Assembly (NCBI GenBank): GCA_048882385.1
Contig: JBHLRQ010000001.1
Coordinates: 1-64,000, forward strand
Source: Candidatus Thorarchaeota archaeon
GTDB lineage: Archaea > Asgardarchaeota > Thorarchaeia > Thorarchaeales > Thorarchaeaceae
Reading direction: 5' to 3'
Length of the DNA: 64,000 nt
In this document: positions 9,053-19,005 of the stretch, one piece after another
How the letters are laid out: each line of letters starts with the position of its first letter
Position numbering within the stretch: position 1 is the first letter of the stretch
Made by a program: the position numbers and the translations under genes
The notes under the pieces: model-generated
What the model saw: the letters and a program-made list of their open reading frames with translations, nothing else
Databases searched by the model: none
Told to the model about the DNA's origin: nothing

Positions 9053-11214
9053 TTGCTCACCTCCATCCACTTACCTGCAGTTCCTTGGTGAACTGGTGTT
9101 GGTCCTAATTTCTTCGCGCGTTTTACCATCTCATTGATTGCATTAGTGAATCGTTCAGGTTCAGCACTGAACATCCTGAACATATCGACTCGTTCACCCT
9201 TCCAGCCAATGGCATTCAGAATGTCACGAGCCACGTCAACTTGTACCTGTGCAATCTCGTTTCCAGTCCCTCCAATGTGACAACGATCCTTCTCACAAGC
9301 TGCAATCATGACTGTGCTTGCTCCGTGTTCAAAACCTTTTAGAATGTCTATTATACTGACTCGGCCTGCACAAGGAACTGGAATAAATCGGGTGCTTGCA
9401 GGATACTGCATTCTTCGAGTGCCAACAATATCGATTGTTGAAACAGAACATTCCTCACAGTAGAAACAGAGTGTGATTGGATACTCTGATCCTGCATCTT
9501 TGAGTAGATATTCAATCTCAGACCAGAGTTGATCATTTGAGAGAAAATTGAGCTGGGTGGCTCCAGATGGACACAGGCTTTGACAGACTCCGCAGGAATG
9601 ACAGTTGAGTGTGTCAATAGCTGCTTTGAATAGAATCTTCTGTTCTTCATCAGCTTCCTCGGCTTCGGACTGCTCAATCATTATAGGGACTCCACGAGGG
9701 CACTGTTGAGCGCATAGACTACATCCTACACAGTCATCAACATCTAGAATTGCCCCACGCGCTAGTTTCTCGATGCTGCCTCCTTGGAGTTCATTGTGTA
9801 TCATGAGTGCTGCCGCTTGTGCGTCTGTGACTGCCTCAAAGACGAACTGAGGTCTTGTGACACCGCCAACCGCAACTACTCCTCGACGTCGAGTTTCGTT
9901 TCTTCGCAGCTTCCCATACAGCTCTTTCACATGACCATCTTCTTCAATATCATATCCCAAGGTTTCAGAAAGCTCAGAGACCCCATCAGGTGGGAGAATA
10001 GCTGAGGAAAGAACTAGTAGATCTGCAGGTACCTCTAGATACTTGTTCAATAGAGAATCATAGATTCTGACGAAAGTCTGACCCTCGTGCTCCCAAGTCA
10101 TACTCACACGACCCCGTATATAGTCAACACCTTTCTCTCGGGACTCCTTGTAGATCATCTCGTTCTCGAATGGTACGCGAATGTCCATGTACACTATTCG
10201 TACATTAGCATCTGGGACCTTCTCAAGTATCTCAAGTGAATTATCAATGGCAAACGTGCAGCAGAGTTTGCTACAGTCCTTTTTGTAATCCTCTGAACGA
10301 CTTCCAACACACTGAACCATAACAACTTCTTTCACAGATTCACCGTTAGATGGCCGGACCAGACTTCCTTCAGACAACATACATGAGAGCTCAAACTGTG
10401 TGAGGACATCAGGGTTCTTACCGTATCGGTATTCCTCCATTCCTATGGGTTTGAATTCTTTGAATCCTGTTGCCAAGACAACTCCTGATGTTGGCAGTGT
10501 ATGTTCGTTCCCGTCATCTGAGATGTAGTGAATGGAAAAACTGCCCATTTCTCCAGTGACGTATTTGACTTTGCTCTTTGATATGATTGTGATCTTCTCA
10601 TCCTTTTGAATCGCTTCTAATCGACCACTGAGAATTTCTAATCCAGATATTCCTGTGGGAGCCACTTTTGGAAGGTCTTTCACATGACCTCCGAGCTCTT
10701 CTTCAATCTCGAACAATGTAATCTTGTATCCAAGATTTGAGAGGCTGAGTGCGGACTCTATACCGGCAATCCCACCTCCGATTACAGTGACATGAGCGGG
10801 TATCTCTTTCTTCTCTAAAACATAGGGCGTTGATTTTGCGGACCGTGCCAGCGCTCCACGTATCATATCAATTGATTTCTGAGTCGCCTCTTCAGTTTCT
10901 TTGTGAACCCATGCAGAATGCTCACGAATATTTACATACTGGATCTGAGATGTATCAATTCCCTTCGAATCAAGATACTGATTGATTCGGGGTTGTATCT
11001 TCTGGCTCGTACAGGCTGCAATTACTAGATGTCCGTTGTTTGCTTTGAGAAGATCTGCTATCTTTGATAATCCGTCATCTTGACAGACAAGATCGTGGAC
11101 ATAAACAGAAGATGTGAGATCCATCTTACCAACCTTGGTTTCCAAGATGTCATATTTAAGCTGGAGCTGTTTCCCACAGGTGCAGATGAGTACTGATGAT
11201 TTACTGTCATTCAT
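9049..11214 (-). CDS. hdrA: HdrA-like flavoprotein fused to 2x[4Fe-4S] and a C-terminal MvhD domain (QmoB-like)
   Basis: CTCG, NIREH, GGGIAG, QCVGSR...CSKLCC, two CxxCxxCxxxCP motifs, then CEEC...PCAGR...C....C (MvhD). Confidence 0.92.
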   Translation of the reverse strand: MNDSKSSVLICTCGKQLQLKYDILETKVGKMDLTSSVYVHDLVCQDDGLSKIADLLKANNGHLVIAACTSQKIQPRINQYLDSKGIDTSQIQYVNIREHSAWVHKETEEATQKSIDMIRGALARSAKSTPYVLEKKEIPAHVTVIGGGIAGIESALSLSNLGYKITLFEIEEELGGHVKDLPKVAPTGISGLEILSGRLEAIQKDEKITIISKSKVKYVTGEMGSFSIHYISDDGNEHTLPTSGVVLATGFKEFKPIGMEEYRYGKNPDVLTQFELSCMLSEGSLVRPSNGESVKEVVMVQCVGSRSEDYKKDCSKLCCTFAIDNSLEILEKVPDANVRIVYMDIRVPFENEMIYKESREKGVDYIRGRVSMTWEHEGQTFVRIYDSLLNKYLEVPADLLVLSSAILPPDGVSELSETLGYDIEEDGHVKELYGKLRRNETRRRGVVAVGGVTRPQFVFEAVTDAQAAALMIHNELQGGSIEKLARGAILDVDDCVGCSLCAQQCPRGVPIMIEQSEAEEADEEQKILFKAAIDTLNCHSCGVCQSLCPSGATQLNFLSNDQLWSEIEYLLKDAGSEYPITLCFYCEECSVSTIDIVGTRRMQYPASTRFIPVPCAGRVSIIDILKGFEHGASTVMIAACEKDRCHIGGTGNEIAQVQVDVARDILNAIGWKGERVDMFRMFSAEPERFTNAINEMVKRAKKLGPTPVHQGTAGKWMEVSK

Positions 11215-11221
11215 GTCAGTT

Positions 11222-12484
11222 TCACTTCCTGCCTTGTAGTATCTTGGAAACTACAGCACGTGCTTGAGTAACACTCTCAGGAACCTCTGCAGGTCCCAAA
11301 GCTGTTCCACACGCATAGACGTGGTCACCAACTACAACTTCATTCTCTGCAACAGGGTCTGCAGCACCAACAAAGCCACTTGCAGACTTCAGTCCCAGGG
11401 TTTCGATAATCTTGTTTCCATCAGCTGGAGGTTCTAGGGCTGACGACAATACAAAGAGATCTACCGAGAATTGGAGGTACTTGTTTAGTAATGAGTCATA
11501 AACCACGATATCAAGCGTGTCATCATCGCGTGGGGTAATCAGAGAAACCCTTCCTCTTACAAATTCAACACCTGATTCACGAGCTTCGCGATAGTACCTC
11601 TCGTACCTATCATACGTCCGAATGTCCATATATACGACGCTAACTTGGGTGGCATCTCTTTCCTGTGTCATAATGTTTGCATGCTTGAGTGCAAAGATAC
11701 AGCAGATCTTTGAGCAATAGGGGTAGTAGTTCTCATCTCGACTTCCAACACACTGAACCATCATCACACGTTTTGCAGGCTTTCCATCAGACGGTTTTAC
11801 AAGCGCCCCACCAGACTCTCCCAGGGGATCAAGTATCTTTGCCAGTTCAAGCTGCGTCACAATGTTGGGATGTTTGCCATAGTTGTATTCTTCAATGTTT
11901 GATGGTCGTAGTTCATGGTAGCCTGTCGCAATGACAATATCTGAAACTTTGACTGTTTCCTCAGTGGGTTGAGCACTCAAATCAATTGCCTTTGTTGGAC
12001 ATTCTTCTTCAGCCAGTTTGGACTTGTCATCTTCTTTTGTAGGATCATAGACCACGGCTTGGGGCTGACATTGTGGCGATAAAAATTGAAAGGCATCAGA
12101 CTTCTCTAGACAGAGACCGCACATTGTGCACTTTCTTGGGTCTACATATTGTGAACCAACTTTGATCTTTACTGAGAAGTGGCCAGGGGTACCCGATATT
12201 TCTTCTACCTCACTGTTCATCTTCAGATCGATGTTTGGTTGTTCAATCAATGCGCTTCTGTAGAAGCACTTGCGTATCCCTGGGCGCCAGCGATTTCCCT
12301 CGAAACAATAAAAGCAGTCGTCAGTTGGAAATGCTTTGTAAAGATCGAGTGCGTTGCCACCAACTGTGGACAGACGCTCTACTAGTATTGTTTTGATTCC
12401 AGAGTCTGCTAGCTCTACGGCAGCAGTCATCCCTGCAACGCCGGCTCCGATTATGAGGACCGGATCAGACACTCCTTTTTTCAC
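11222..12484 (-). CDS. hdrA: Short HdrA-like flavoprotein (QmoA-like)
   Basis: GAGVAG, FPTDDC, CTMCGLC and QCVGSR...CSKICC; no N-terminal domain and no C-terminal ferredoxin. Confidence 0.9.
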   Translation of the reverse strand: MKKGVSDPVLIIGAGVAGMTAAVELADSGIKTILVERLSTVGGNALDLYKAFPTDDCFYCFEGNRWRPGIRKCFYRSALIEQPNIDLKMNSEVEEISGTPGHFSVKIKVGSQYVDPRKCTMCGLCLEKSDAFQFLSPQCQPQAVVYDPTKEDDKSKLAEEECPTKAIDLSAQPTEETVKVSDIVIATGYHELRPSNIEEYNYGKHPNIVTQLELAKILDPLGESGGALVKPSDGKPAKRVMMVQCVGSRDENYYPYCSKICCIFALKHANIMTQERDATQVSVVYMDIRTYDRYERYYREARESGVEFVRGRVSLITPRDDDTLDIVVYDSLLNKYLQFSVDLFVLSSALEPPADGNKIIETLGLKSASGFVGAADPVAENEVVVGDHVYACGTALGPAEVPESVTQARAVVSKILQGRK

Positions 12485-12485
12485 C

Positions 12486-13361
12486 TCAACCAGTCAGATG
12501 ATCAAGAATTGGGTCTGCGGGAACCCTGTTCATACTAAGCCCAACTTCTTCCTCATTCAATCCCATAGATAGTCCAAGAATTTGAGGATATAGAACAACA
12601 GGCAGATTGTATTCTTCACCGTAGGAATCTTTCAATCCAAGCTGCTGGAGATCAAGTTGATTTCCACAAGCTGGACAAACTACTGTGATGAACACTGCAC
12701 CAAATTCTTTCATTGATTTCAATTTGTCACGTGCTAGACGTATTGCTAGAGATTCATCCACTGGGAGAACTGTTGCCCCACAACATTGTTTCCACAGAGG
12801 GTATTCTACTACTGCTGCTCCAGTAGCTTCTACTAACTCATTCAAATATTCGGGCTTGAATTCTGTAACATCAGCAGGACGGAGAAGATGGCATCCGTAA
12901 TGGATTGCTATTCCTACACCATCCAATGGTTTTACAACCTTCTTTCGTATTTCTTCAACACCGATATCTGTGTACAGGGCTTCGACAAAATGTCGAGGAG
13001 TTATAGTACCCTTAAACTCAAGACCTTCCTTCTTTAGGACAGCGTTGACCTTCTTTCTATAATCATCATTATGTTTGAGAAAATGATGTACATCCTTGAG
13101 TGATGCAAAGCAACCATTACAAGGTGTAACAATATCATAGCCGTTTTTCTCTGCAATAGCCAAAGTTCTTGCATTTACTGTTAACCAGCCCGTATAATCG
13201 ATAGCGCGAAGATTTGGACTGCCACAACATGCTACACCTTCCATGTATTCTAGTTGTATATCAAATGCTTCTGCAACCTTAATCGTGGCTGCTTCATAGT
13301 TGGGATAGTTTGCAGGTACACTGCAACCCACGTAGAAGTTGTATACTGGCACCTTATTCAC
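12486..13361 (-). CDS. hdrB: Heterodisulfide reductase subunit B
   Basis: Two CCG domains (GC...CCG...PCNGC and HYGCH...CCG...CPAC). Confidence 0.95.
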   Translation of the reverse strand: MNKVPVYNFYVGCSVPANYPNYEAATIKVAEAFDIQLEYMEGVACCGSPNLRAIDYTGWLTVNARTLAIAEKNGYDIVTPCNGCFASLKDVHHFLKHNDDYRKKVNAVLKKEGLEFKGTITPRHFVEALYTDIGVEEIRKKVVKPLDGVGIAIHYGCHLLRPADVTEFKPEYLNELVEATGAAVVEYPLWKQCCGATVLPVDESLAIRLARDKLKSMKEFGAVFITVVCPACGNQLDLQQLGLKDSYGEEYNLPVVLYPQILGLSMGLNEEEVGLSMNRVPADPILDHLTG

Positions 13362-13896
13362 CGCCCTCCACGAGTTTCTTAGTTCGAGTTTCTGCTAGAA
13401 TCTCCTTCACTGGATCAACAGAAAGACCAGGTACGTCTGGTTCAAGGCCCATATCTTCACGTTCCCAATCAGCAGTGACTGTGTAGAGCTGTCCTTTCTC
13501 AAGTAGTTCCTTGGCAAGAGCGACAATGTTAGGCGGCACTTTGCCTTCTTCGGCAGCCAAGTTCTTACAGTCAAAGAAGATGTCAGTGACTCGTACTTTT
13601 TGCGGACAGCGTTCTTGGCACTGAAAACATGTCAGACAGAGCCAAATTTCATTGGAAGACAAGACCTCATCACGCATTCCTAATAGTATCATTCGAATAA
13701 GCTGATGGGGTTTGTATTCCCAGATATTTGCAATAGGACATGCAGCTGTGCAAGTCGAGCAGGCAAAGCAGGCAGAAAGTTCTTCACCCTCTGGCATGCT
13801 TTGAATTTCCTCTCGGAATTTTTTATCAAGTTTCGACACATCAATTGGATCAATCAATGTGATTGGGGGTCCAGCCGGTTCATCAGTTTCAGCCAT
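13354..13896 (-). CDS. hdrC: Heterodisulfide reductase subunit C
   Basis: CFACSTCTAACP and WLCLTCFQCQERCP; likely start ATG 13896. Confidence 0.95.
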   Translation of the reverse strand: MAETDEPAGPPITLIDPIDVSKLDKKFREEIQSMPEGEELSACFACSTCTAACPIANIWEYKPHQLIRMILLGMRDEVLSSNEIWLCLTCFQCQERCPQKVRVTDIFFDCKNLAAEEGKVPPNIVALAKELLEKGQLYTVTADWEREDMGLEPDVPGLSVDPVKEILAETRTKKLVEGGE

Positions 13897-14006
13897 GGTA
13901 AACACCACAAGCATTCTTTGTTTTTGGCAGAGATGGCAGGGCAATTTGTCAGCCCATATTAAAAGTTTGCAGACGCGGCGTGTTTTTCTATTTTAGACCT
14001 AGATGA

Positions 14007-14195
14007 CTAGTCTGGTAATCCTTTTTGATATATCAAACGGAGAATACCGGCTAGTCCAAACGTGATAAAACCCAAATAGAGCGCGATTTCAAGCAACCCC
14101 CAAGAGCTCGGGAGGTTCATCAATAATCCAGAGACAGCTAGTGCAATACAGAAAAAGCCGACAATGAAGAAAAACCATGATCGGGGAATTGACAT
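14007..14195 (-). CDS. Small two-TM membrane protein
   Basis: 62 aa with two hydrophobic helices; GGAGGT SD. Confidence 0.7.
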   Translation of the reverse strand: MSIPRSWFFFIVGFFCIALAVSGLLMNLPSSWGLLEIALYLGFITFGLAGILRLIYQKGLPD

Positions 14196-14234
14196 GACTC
14201 AACAACCTCCAATGAGCACTTAGGACTTTCTGTC

Positions 14235-14522
14235 CTAGGAGGGTTGGATTAAGTCTAATACTTTTTCCATTCTTCCTTTCAATAGTCTATAAGGTTGAAG
14301 TGCGATATCCCGAATCTCTGTGGTTGCTTTTACAAGGTATCCTTTGAGATCATCAGCATCACCTTTCATTTTGACAAGAGTGGGACTAGCATCAGTCAGA
14401 AGGCGCAATGTGTTTGTGAGAGCTACTTGGTACTTGTCATATTCCATACCTATTTTGCTGCTAGACTCTTCGATAAACTCAATTAACGATATGAGTTCAG
14501 AAATAATGGCTTCCTTTGTCAT
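14235..14522 (-). CDS. Hypothetical helical protein
   Basis: ATGA overlap with GINS15; operonic position. Confidence 0.7.
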   Translation of the reverse strand: MTKEAIISELISLIEFIEESSSKIGMEYDKYQVALTNTLRLLTDASPTLVKMKGDADDLKGYLVKATTEIRDIALQPYRLLKGRMEKVLDLIQPS

Positions 14523-15157
14523 CCCTTATCCTCCTCTGGGATGAATCGAACTACAGTGCCATCTCGAAGCCAAAGACTTGCATTGGCTGAAGGAATCATT
14601 ACAATATCTTCCTTCTTGAAAGGACCGTATGTCTTCTCATCAAGTCCCATGAATGGCTCTTTAATTGCACGTAGAAACCTGACTGTAATGTAGTCAATTG
14701 CCTCAGAATCAGATGGCATTTCAGGGACGTCTTTTTTCGTTTCCTTTTTCTTCTTCTTTTTCTTCTTAACCGGTGAAGGTATTCCAGCTAGAGAATCCTT
14801 GATGAACTCTGTATGTCCATCGAGAGCCCTCTGGAATCTGTTATAGAATTCTTCCTCGGCAAGGGTCATGTCCCCTCTAGGTCTATGGCCGGATATTGCC
14901 GATTTCAGAATCTTCTGTCTTCTGAGCTCAAGAAGATCCTCTATCATGAATTCAATATTAAGAGCCTCCTGTGTCAAAATGTCTGCTTGAATGCGTTCTT
15001 CTGCATCAATGGAGGCTAATGAAAGCCGCAAGCCAGATAGATATGATACCATTTTGCTGAGCCGGAGATCACCCATATTTTGAAGACCTTCGTTTTCTAA
15101 TTCGTTTTTCCATGCAGATACTATGTCAGAATATTCTAAATCACTCAATGGTAGCAA
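14519..15157 (-). CDS. gins15: GINS complex subunit Gins15 (Gins51)
   Basis: Helical A domain (LLELRRQKI, MT..EEEFY) followed by a B domain (VRFL...F.GLD..TYGPFKKEDIV.IP); directly downstream of priS. Confidence 0.9.
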   Translation of the reverse strand: MLPLSDLEYSDIVSAWKNELENEGLQNMGDLRLSKMVSYLSGLRLSLASIDAEERIQADILTQEALNIEFMIEDLLELRRQKILKSAISGHRPRGDMTLAEEEFYNRFQRALDGHTEFIKDSLAGIPSPVKKKKKKKKETKKDVPEMPSDSEAIDYITVRFLRAIKEPFMGLDEKTYGPFKKEDIVMIPSANASLWLRDGTVVRFIPEEDKG

Positions 15158-16529
15158 CTCCTTTACAAAGAACGAATGCTGCGGCTGCTAATGGTAGCTC
15201 AACAGATTCACCATGGAATGGCCCATAGTGTTCGTCATTAATCTTGAAACGTGGAACTCCTGGACTCTTTTGTAGAAATTTAACCTTCATATGTCCATCA
15301 TTGAATGCGATGGCATCTCTAAATGGGTCAAAATCATCAAGCTGATCTCGCGTCAGTTCAGTAACAGAAAAGCCAGTCTTACCATTTAGACTTCCAATTA
15401 ATCGGATGACTCTATGGATGTCATGGGTCACTGGACGGTCTATCTCTCCTCCATAGAACTCGGCAGCTTTTTCCGCGATTTCTTGCCATGACTTTATTCC
15501 AATAGATTTTGCTTCTTTACTCAGAATCGGAGGTTTTCTAAGAAGACCATCCAGAGCTGCAACCTTTCCTTCTCTGAGAGGTTTCACCCAGCGTTCATTT
15601 CCTGAGTAGTTGTCAATGTTTCTAACAAATTCGACAATTGCATCTGCCATCTTTCCAGACCAACCAGGAAAAGACCTGTCTGTGATTCTGTTCACGCTGC
15701 CTTGTGGGAAGATTACTTTCTCTGTGTTAAGACCAAGACCCATGATATAATGCACTATCTGAATTCTACTATTCGAATCAAGTAAGTAGACGCGGGGGTC
15801 ATGAACCCTTACATGATATCCTCGATGACCACTATAATTGAGTTGGATTGTATTGGGATCAAATCCAAAGTCATTGAGAAGAAAATCATCGTATAGTTTC
15901 ACTGTGTGCTTCTTGGCTTCATCAAGACATTTTTCACAGACCCATTTTCTTGTACTGAAACTTTTTCCATCACAGTCCGGGCAGCTTTCTGGTGTAGGTC
16001 CTGAACCAGTTTTGTGACAACTATCGTTGTTGCATCTCCAAACATCATGGTCTTTGGCACATGGAATATCAAGATGATCAGCATCTATATCAAATACAAG
16101 TTCTGCACCAATCCATTCCTTTTCATCCATATGACGGGCCACAGGTATCTTGTAGAATGCTGCGGAGTGATAGATACTATGAGGTGCTACAGCTGCTAAA
16201 TCTTTCAAAAGTTCATCGCGATTAAGATAGCCAATATGTCGTCTCCACATCGTTGTCTGAATCTCAGAGGACCCACAATTGGGACATTTCTTGACAGGGT
16301 CAAAAGATTTTCCTGATTGACCGCAACCGGACCATGTATTTTGGCCAGATTCATCACGAATTGGTCTTTTGGGGCAGAACCAGTTATGCTCCCAGCTTTG
16401 AATGCCAAATTCTTTAGTGTGAATTCTTTCAGGAGTGTCGACAGAGTCTGGATTAGATTTGTAGTATTCATGAAACATGAATCGCAGTTTCAGAACTGTA
16501 CTTGTGAAACCCTGATTCTGTTTCGACAT
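15141..16529 (-). CDS. priS: DNA primase small subunit with zinc-finger insertions
   Basis: ELVFDIDAD, YSGHRGYH, ID.PVT.DIHR.IRL.GSLNGKTG motifs. Confidence 0.95.
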   Translation of the reverse strand: MSKQNQGFTSTVLKLRFMFHEYYKSNPDSVDTPERIHTKEFGIQSWEHNWFCPKRPIRDESGQNTWSGCGQSGKSFDPVKKCPNCGSSEIQTTMWRRHIGYLNRDELLKDLAAVAPHSIYHSAAFYKIPVARHMDEKEWIGAELVFDIDADHLDIPCAKDHDVWRCNNDSCHKTGSGPTPESCPDCDGKSFSTRKWVCEKCLDEAKKHTVKLYDDFLLNDFGFDPNTIQLNYSGHRGYHVRVHDPRVYLLDSNSRIQIVHYIMGLGLNTEKVIFPQGSVNRITDRSFPGWSGKMADAIVEFVRNIDNYSGNERWVKPLREGKVAALDGLLRKPPILSKEAKSIGIKSWQEIAEKAAEFYGGEIDRPVTHDIHRVIRLIGSLNGKTGFSVTELTRDQLDDFDPFRDAIAFNDGHMKVKFLQKSPGVPRFKINDEHYGPFHGESVELPLAAAAFVLCKGVATIE

Positions 16530-16534
16530 GGTTT

Positions 16535-17302
16535 CTACCCACGTTCTACCCTACGTTCTACACGAGGTGCTAGAACAAAGCTTATGCTTCCTGCTTCTGC
16601 AATTGAGTATTCTAACAGCATTGGTTTGTTCGACGTGAACTGAAGCATCAGGCTATCGCTAGCTATCGCCTTTGAAATCTCAGAAAGATAATTCAGTGCA
16701 TACATTGCTACTGATTTTCCTGAAACTTCTAATTGGAAGAGGGCTGGTGCATCACCTTTTGTTGTCAGTGAAACACTTGCTTCACCTGTATCACCTTCAC
16801 CAGCAAATGCGAGTTTTTCAGATTCTGCAGTAATTTTTACATGGCTGGAGACTACTGCAATATCTTTGATTGTCTGTTTGAAGGTATCAGAAAGCATCTC
16901 AGCTTTTACATCGAATTGGATTCCAGGTTTCTTCGTTTGTTCTTCAGGAGGTCTCAAGAGCTGTAATTTAAACACCCTGTCTGCTTGGCCAATCATCTTA
17001 ATCTCAAAGCGTTTCTCTGATTCATCTAAATTGAATTCTAGATGCTCATCACCAGCCATACGCTTGCTGATTTTGGTTAGTTCATCAATCCCCAAGCAGA
17101 TATCATGCTCACCCTTACATGAATACTCTTGGAAGATATCTGATGGCAGAGCTAGGTCGACCATAGCAGCTTTTGATGAATCTAGTTGACGTAGTGATAT
17201 TCCTGATTCTGACACACGAAAATGTGCCTCTGTTAGGAGGGTTGCTAAGGAATCTATAATTTGCTTCCATGTCTTGGTGCTATCGAGTGTCGCATGAAAC
17301 AT
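16535..17302 (-). CDS. pcn: PCNA sliding clamp
   Basis: QLDSSKAAMVDL, Y.L.YL and FVLAPR signatures. Confidence 0.96.
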   Translation of the reverse strand: MFHATLDSTKTWKQIIDSLATLLTEAHFRVSESGISLRQLDSSKAAMVDLALPSDIFQEYSCKGEHDICLGIDELTKISKRMAGDEHLEFNLDESEKRFEIKMIGQADRVFKLQLLRPPEEQTKKPGIQFDVKAEMLSDTFKQTIKDIAVVSSHVKITAESEKLAFAGEGDTGEASVSLTTKGDAPALFQLEVSGKSVAMYALNYLSEISKAIASDSLMLQFTSNKPMLLEYSIAEAGSISFVLAPRVERRVERG

Positions 17303-17397
17303 TCCATTATCTCCAGCTTTGAACTAGATTCTCAAAAGGAATTCTGCATTTAAAATGTACTTCTCGGAAAATTGGTTCAATGTTTTATTACTAGTTT

Positions 17398-17769
17398 CTA
17401 ATCGCTCAATGCACGTGTAACCTGTTCATCCATTTCAAGTACTTCTTTATAGAGTGCTAAATCTAATGTATCAATATTGTGAGCAATTATGACGTTCAGT
17501 CGTAGTTCTTTTCCATCATCACCCGTTTTTTCGGTTACTTCTCCAATTAGCATGTATTTGTGTTTAATCTCAAGAGACCCATCTATGCTAACCTGAATCT
17601 TCTCAGCTTTCTTTACATCGTCGAAAATATCTTGGATAACTGCAAACCCTGGACCGGAATCAACAACAATTCCCATGATCCTTACTGGGTCTGTAGTCTT
17701 TGAAGACAAGTCCCGTATTCTCATGAGTTTTGACGGTTTGCGACGCGGATAGCTTTTCTCTTCAGCCAA
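17398..17769 (-). CDS. Single OB-fold protein, RPA14/RPA3-like small subunit
   Basis: RRKPS....I.DL, VRIMGIVVD and a C-terminal LD..LY helix, as in archaeal RPA small subunits; adjacent to PCNA. Confidence 0.7.
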   Translation of the reverse strand: MAEEKSYPRRKPSKLMRIRDLSSKTTDPVRIMGIVVDSGPGFAVIQDIFDDVKKAEKIQVSIDGSLEIKHKYMLIGEVTEKTGDDGKELRLNVIIAHNIDTLDLALYKEVLEMDEQVTRALSD

Positions 17770-17871
17770 GATTTTGCACCAGTTGTATTAGTAGGATTTA
17801 TTGGACTTGAGCCACACAGGGAGCTTTGATTTGAGGGCTATAAATCTGTCAGTTGGAGAGTAGACCCAATA

Positions 17872-18201
17872 CTAACCACCATAGTTCCGCCAAGTGTGTT
17901 TGCACTCTGTGCATCTGTAGAACTCTGTAGCGCCTTCGTCTCCTCGTCTTGTTTGGACAGTCCAATAGTAAGCATCGGTATTACCACATTTTGGACATGA
18001 GGCTTTTGTGACGGGCATGGGAATAGATTCGTCCTCAACAACGATTATTTTGTCACGGGGTGTCTTCTCAAGGTTCTGAGAAACTGTCAATCTGCCTTTG
18101 ATTTCCTTTGTATAATCACAACTACGGCATTTCAAAACTCTAGAACCATCATCTGTAGTTGTTGGAACCATCATTGCTCCGCATTTTTCACAGAATTCCA
18201 T
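17872..18201 (-). CDS. tfs: Transcription elongation factor TFS
   Basis: MEFCEKCG...CRSC and CPKCG...QTRRGDE...CTEC. Confidence 0.95.
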   Translation of the reverse strand: MEFCEKCGAMMVPTTTDDGSRVLKCRSCDYTKEIKGRLTVSQNLEKTPRDKIIVVEDESIPMPVTKASCPKCGNTDAYYWTVQTRRGDEGATEFYRCTECKHTWRNYGG

Positions 18202-18269
18202 AGCGTATCAACTTCTCCGTCGGTTCTTGCAGTTTTCAATTAAGCGTTATGACAACACCAAGTTCTCGA

Positions 18270-18680
18270 CTAAGGCAATGAGTCAATGTATTGCTCGAGT
18301 AGATATTGGAAAGATTTTGCAGCTATCTCTCCTTCTTTCTTTCTGCTGGTTCTGGAATCAATATGAAGTGTTTCCCTAAGAGTTTCAACTGCTTGATCTA
18401 CAGTTACTTTTCCGGACATCCATAGATAAGCCATAATGGCCTCATAAGCGTCAGCTGCTCTTCCAGCATCGGTTCTTCGAGAGATTCGAGTATAGATAGT
18501 AGTGGCTCGAATAGCTCTTGCAAGAACGCTGTCTCTTACTTTCTCGCCTGTTGTTTGCCCGAGAACTAGTGATTTAGTCAGAGAGTATACGAAATTCACT
18601 AGATTGTCTCCAACTTTTGCGAGACCTTTGTCATTTATGATTGCCTCTAATGATTCATGATGCACGAAGGTTTCCCACAA
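18270..18680 (-). CDS. Archaeal ribonuclease III-like family protein
   Basis: DKGLAKVGDNLVNF...ADAYEA motifs; conserved position between rpoL and tfs. Confidence 0.8.
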   Translation of the reverse strand: MWETFVHHESLEAIINDKGLAKVGDNLVNFVYSLTKSLVLGQTTGEKVRDSVLARAIRATTIYTRISRRTDAGRAADAYEAIMAYLWMSGKVTVDQAVETLRETLHIDSRTSRKKEGEIAAKSFQYLLEQYIDSLP

Positions 18681-18712
18681 CAGAAGGGACCTCCTTGTAA
18701 CTATTTTCGGGA

Positions 18713-19003
18713 CTAATCGACACTGTGGTCTGACACTGCCTGTTTGAACTTTTTACGGAATTCCTCAGTTCTGGCAAGCATCTTCTCCAGTGATTCCCTA
18801 AGAACAACATTCGCTTGGCGCCTTTTCGTCTTAAGAGTCAGAATTGGGCTGGCAAGTAATGGATGTTCGATATTGTAACCAGCAAATTCAACTGATGACT
18901 CTTCTAAGAGTGTCTTACGAAGTAAATTAGGGAATGAATGTCCCTCTCCACCAATCTCAAACTTTAGTTCATATTTTGTATGTTCAATTGTTCTTGGCTT
19001 CAC
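18713..19003 (-). CDS. rpoL: RNA polymerase subunit Rpo11 (RpoL)
   Basis: GEGHSFPNLLR...FAGYNIEHPL. Confidence 0.95.
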   Translation of the reverse strand: MKPRTIEHTKYELKFEIGGEGHSFPNLLRKTLLEESSVEFAGYNIEHPLLASPILTLKTKRRQANVVLRESLEKMLARTEEFRKKFKQAVSDHSVD

Positions 19004-19005
19004 AT

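Noticed and set aside
1831-12484. Selenocysteine (UGA) recoding in mvhD/hdrA, known from Asgard archaea and Methanococcales
   Set aside because: The relevant positions are TGT/TGC, or TAC/ATT in the degenerate copy. There is no in-frame TGA, and the 1773-1812 hairpin lacks SECIS core features.
14735-14770. Poly-Lys, NLS-like stretch in Gins15
   Set aside because: It lies in the variable A-B domain linker; composition alone does not support a function.
16535-16565. Short tandem repeat giving RVERRVERG at the PCNA C-terminus
   Set aside because: A small local duplication in a variable tail; not an array or a mobile element.
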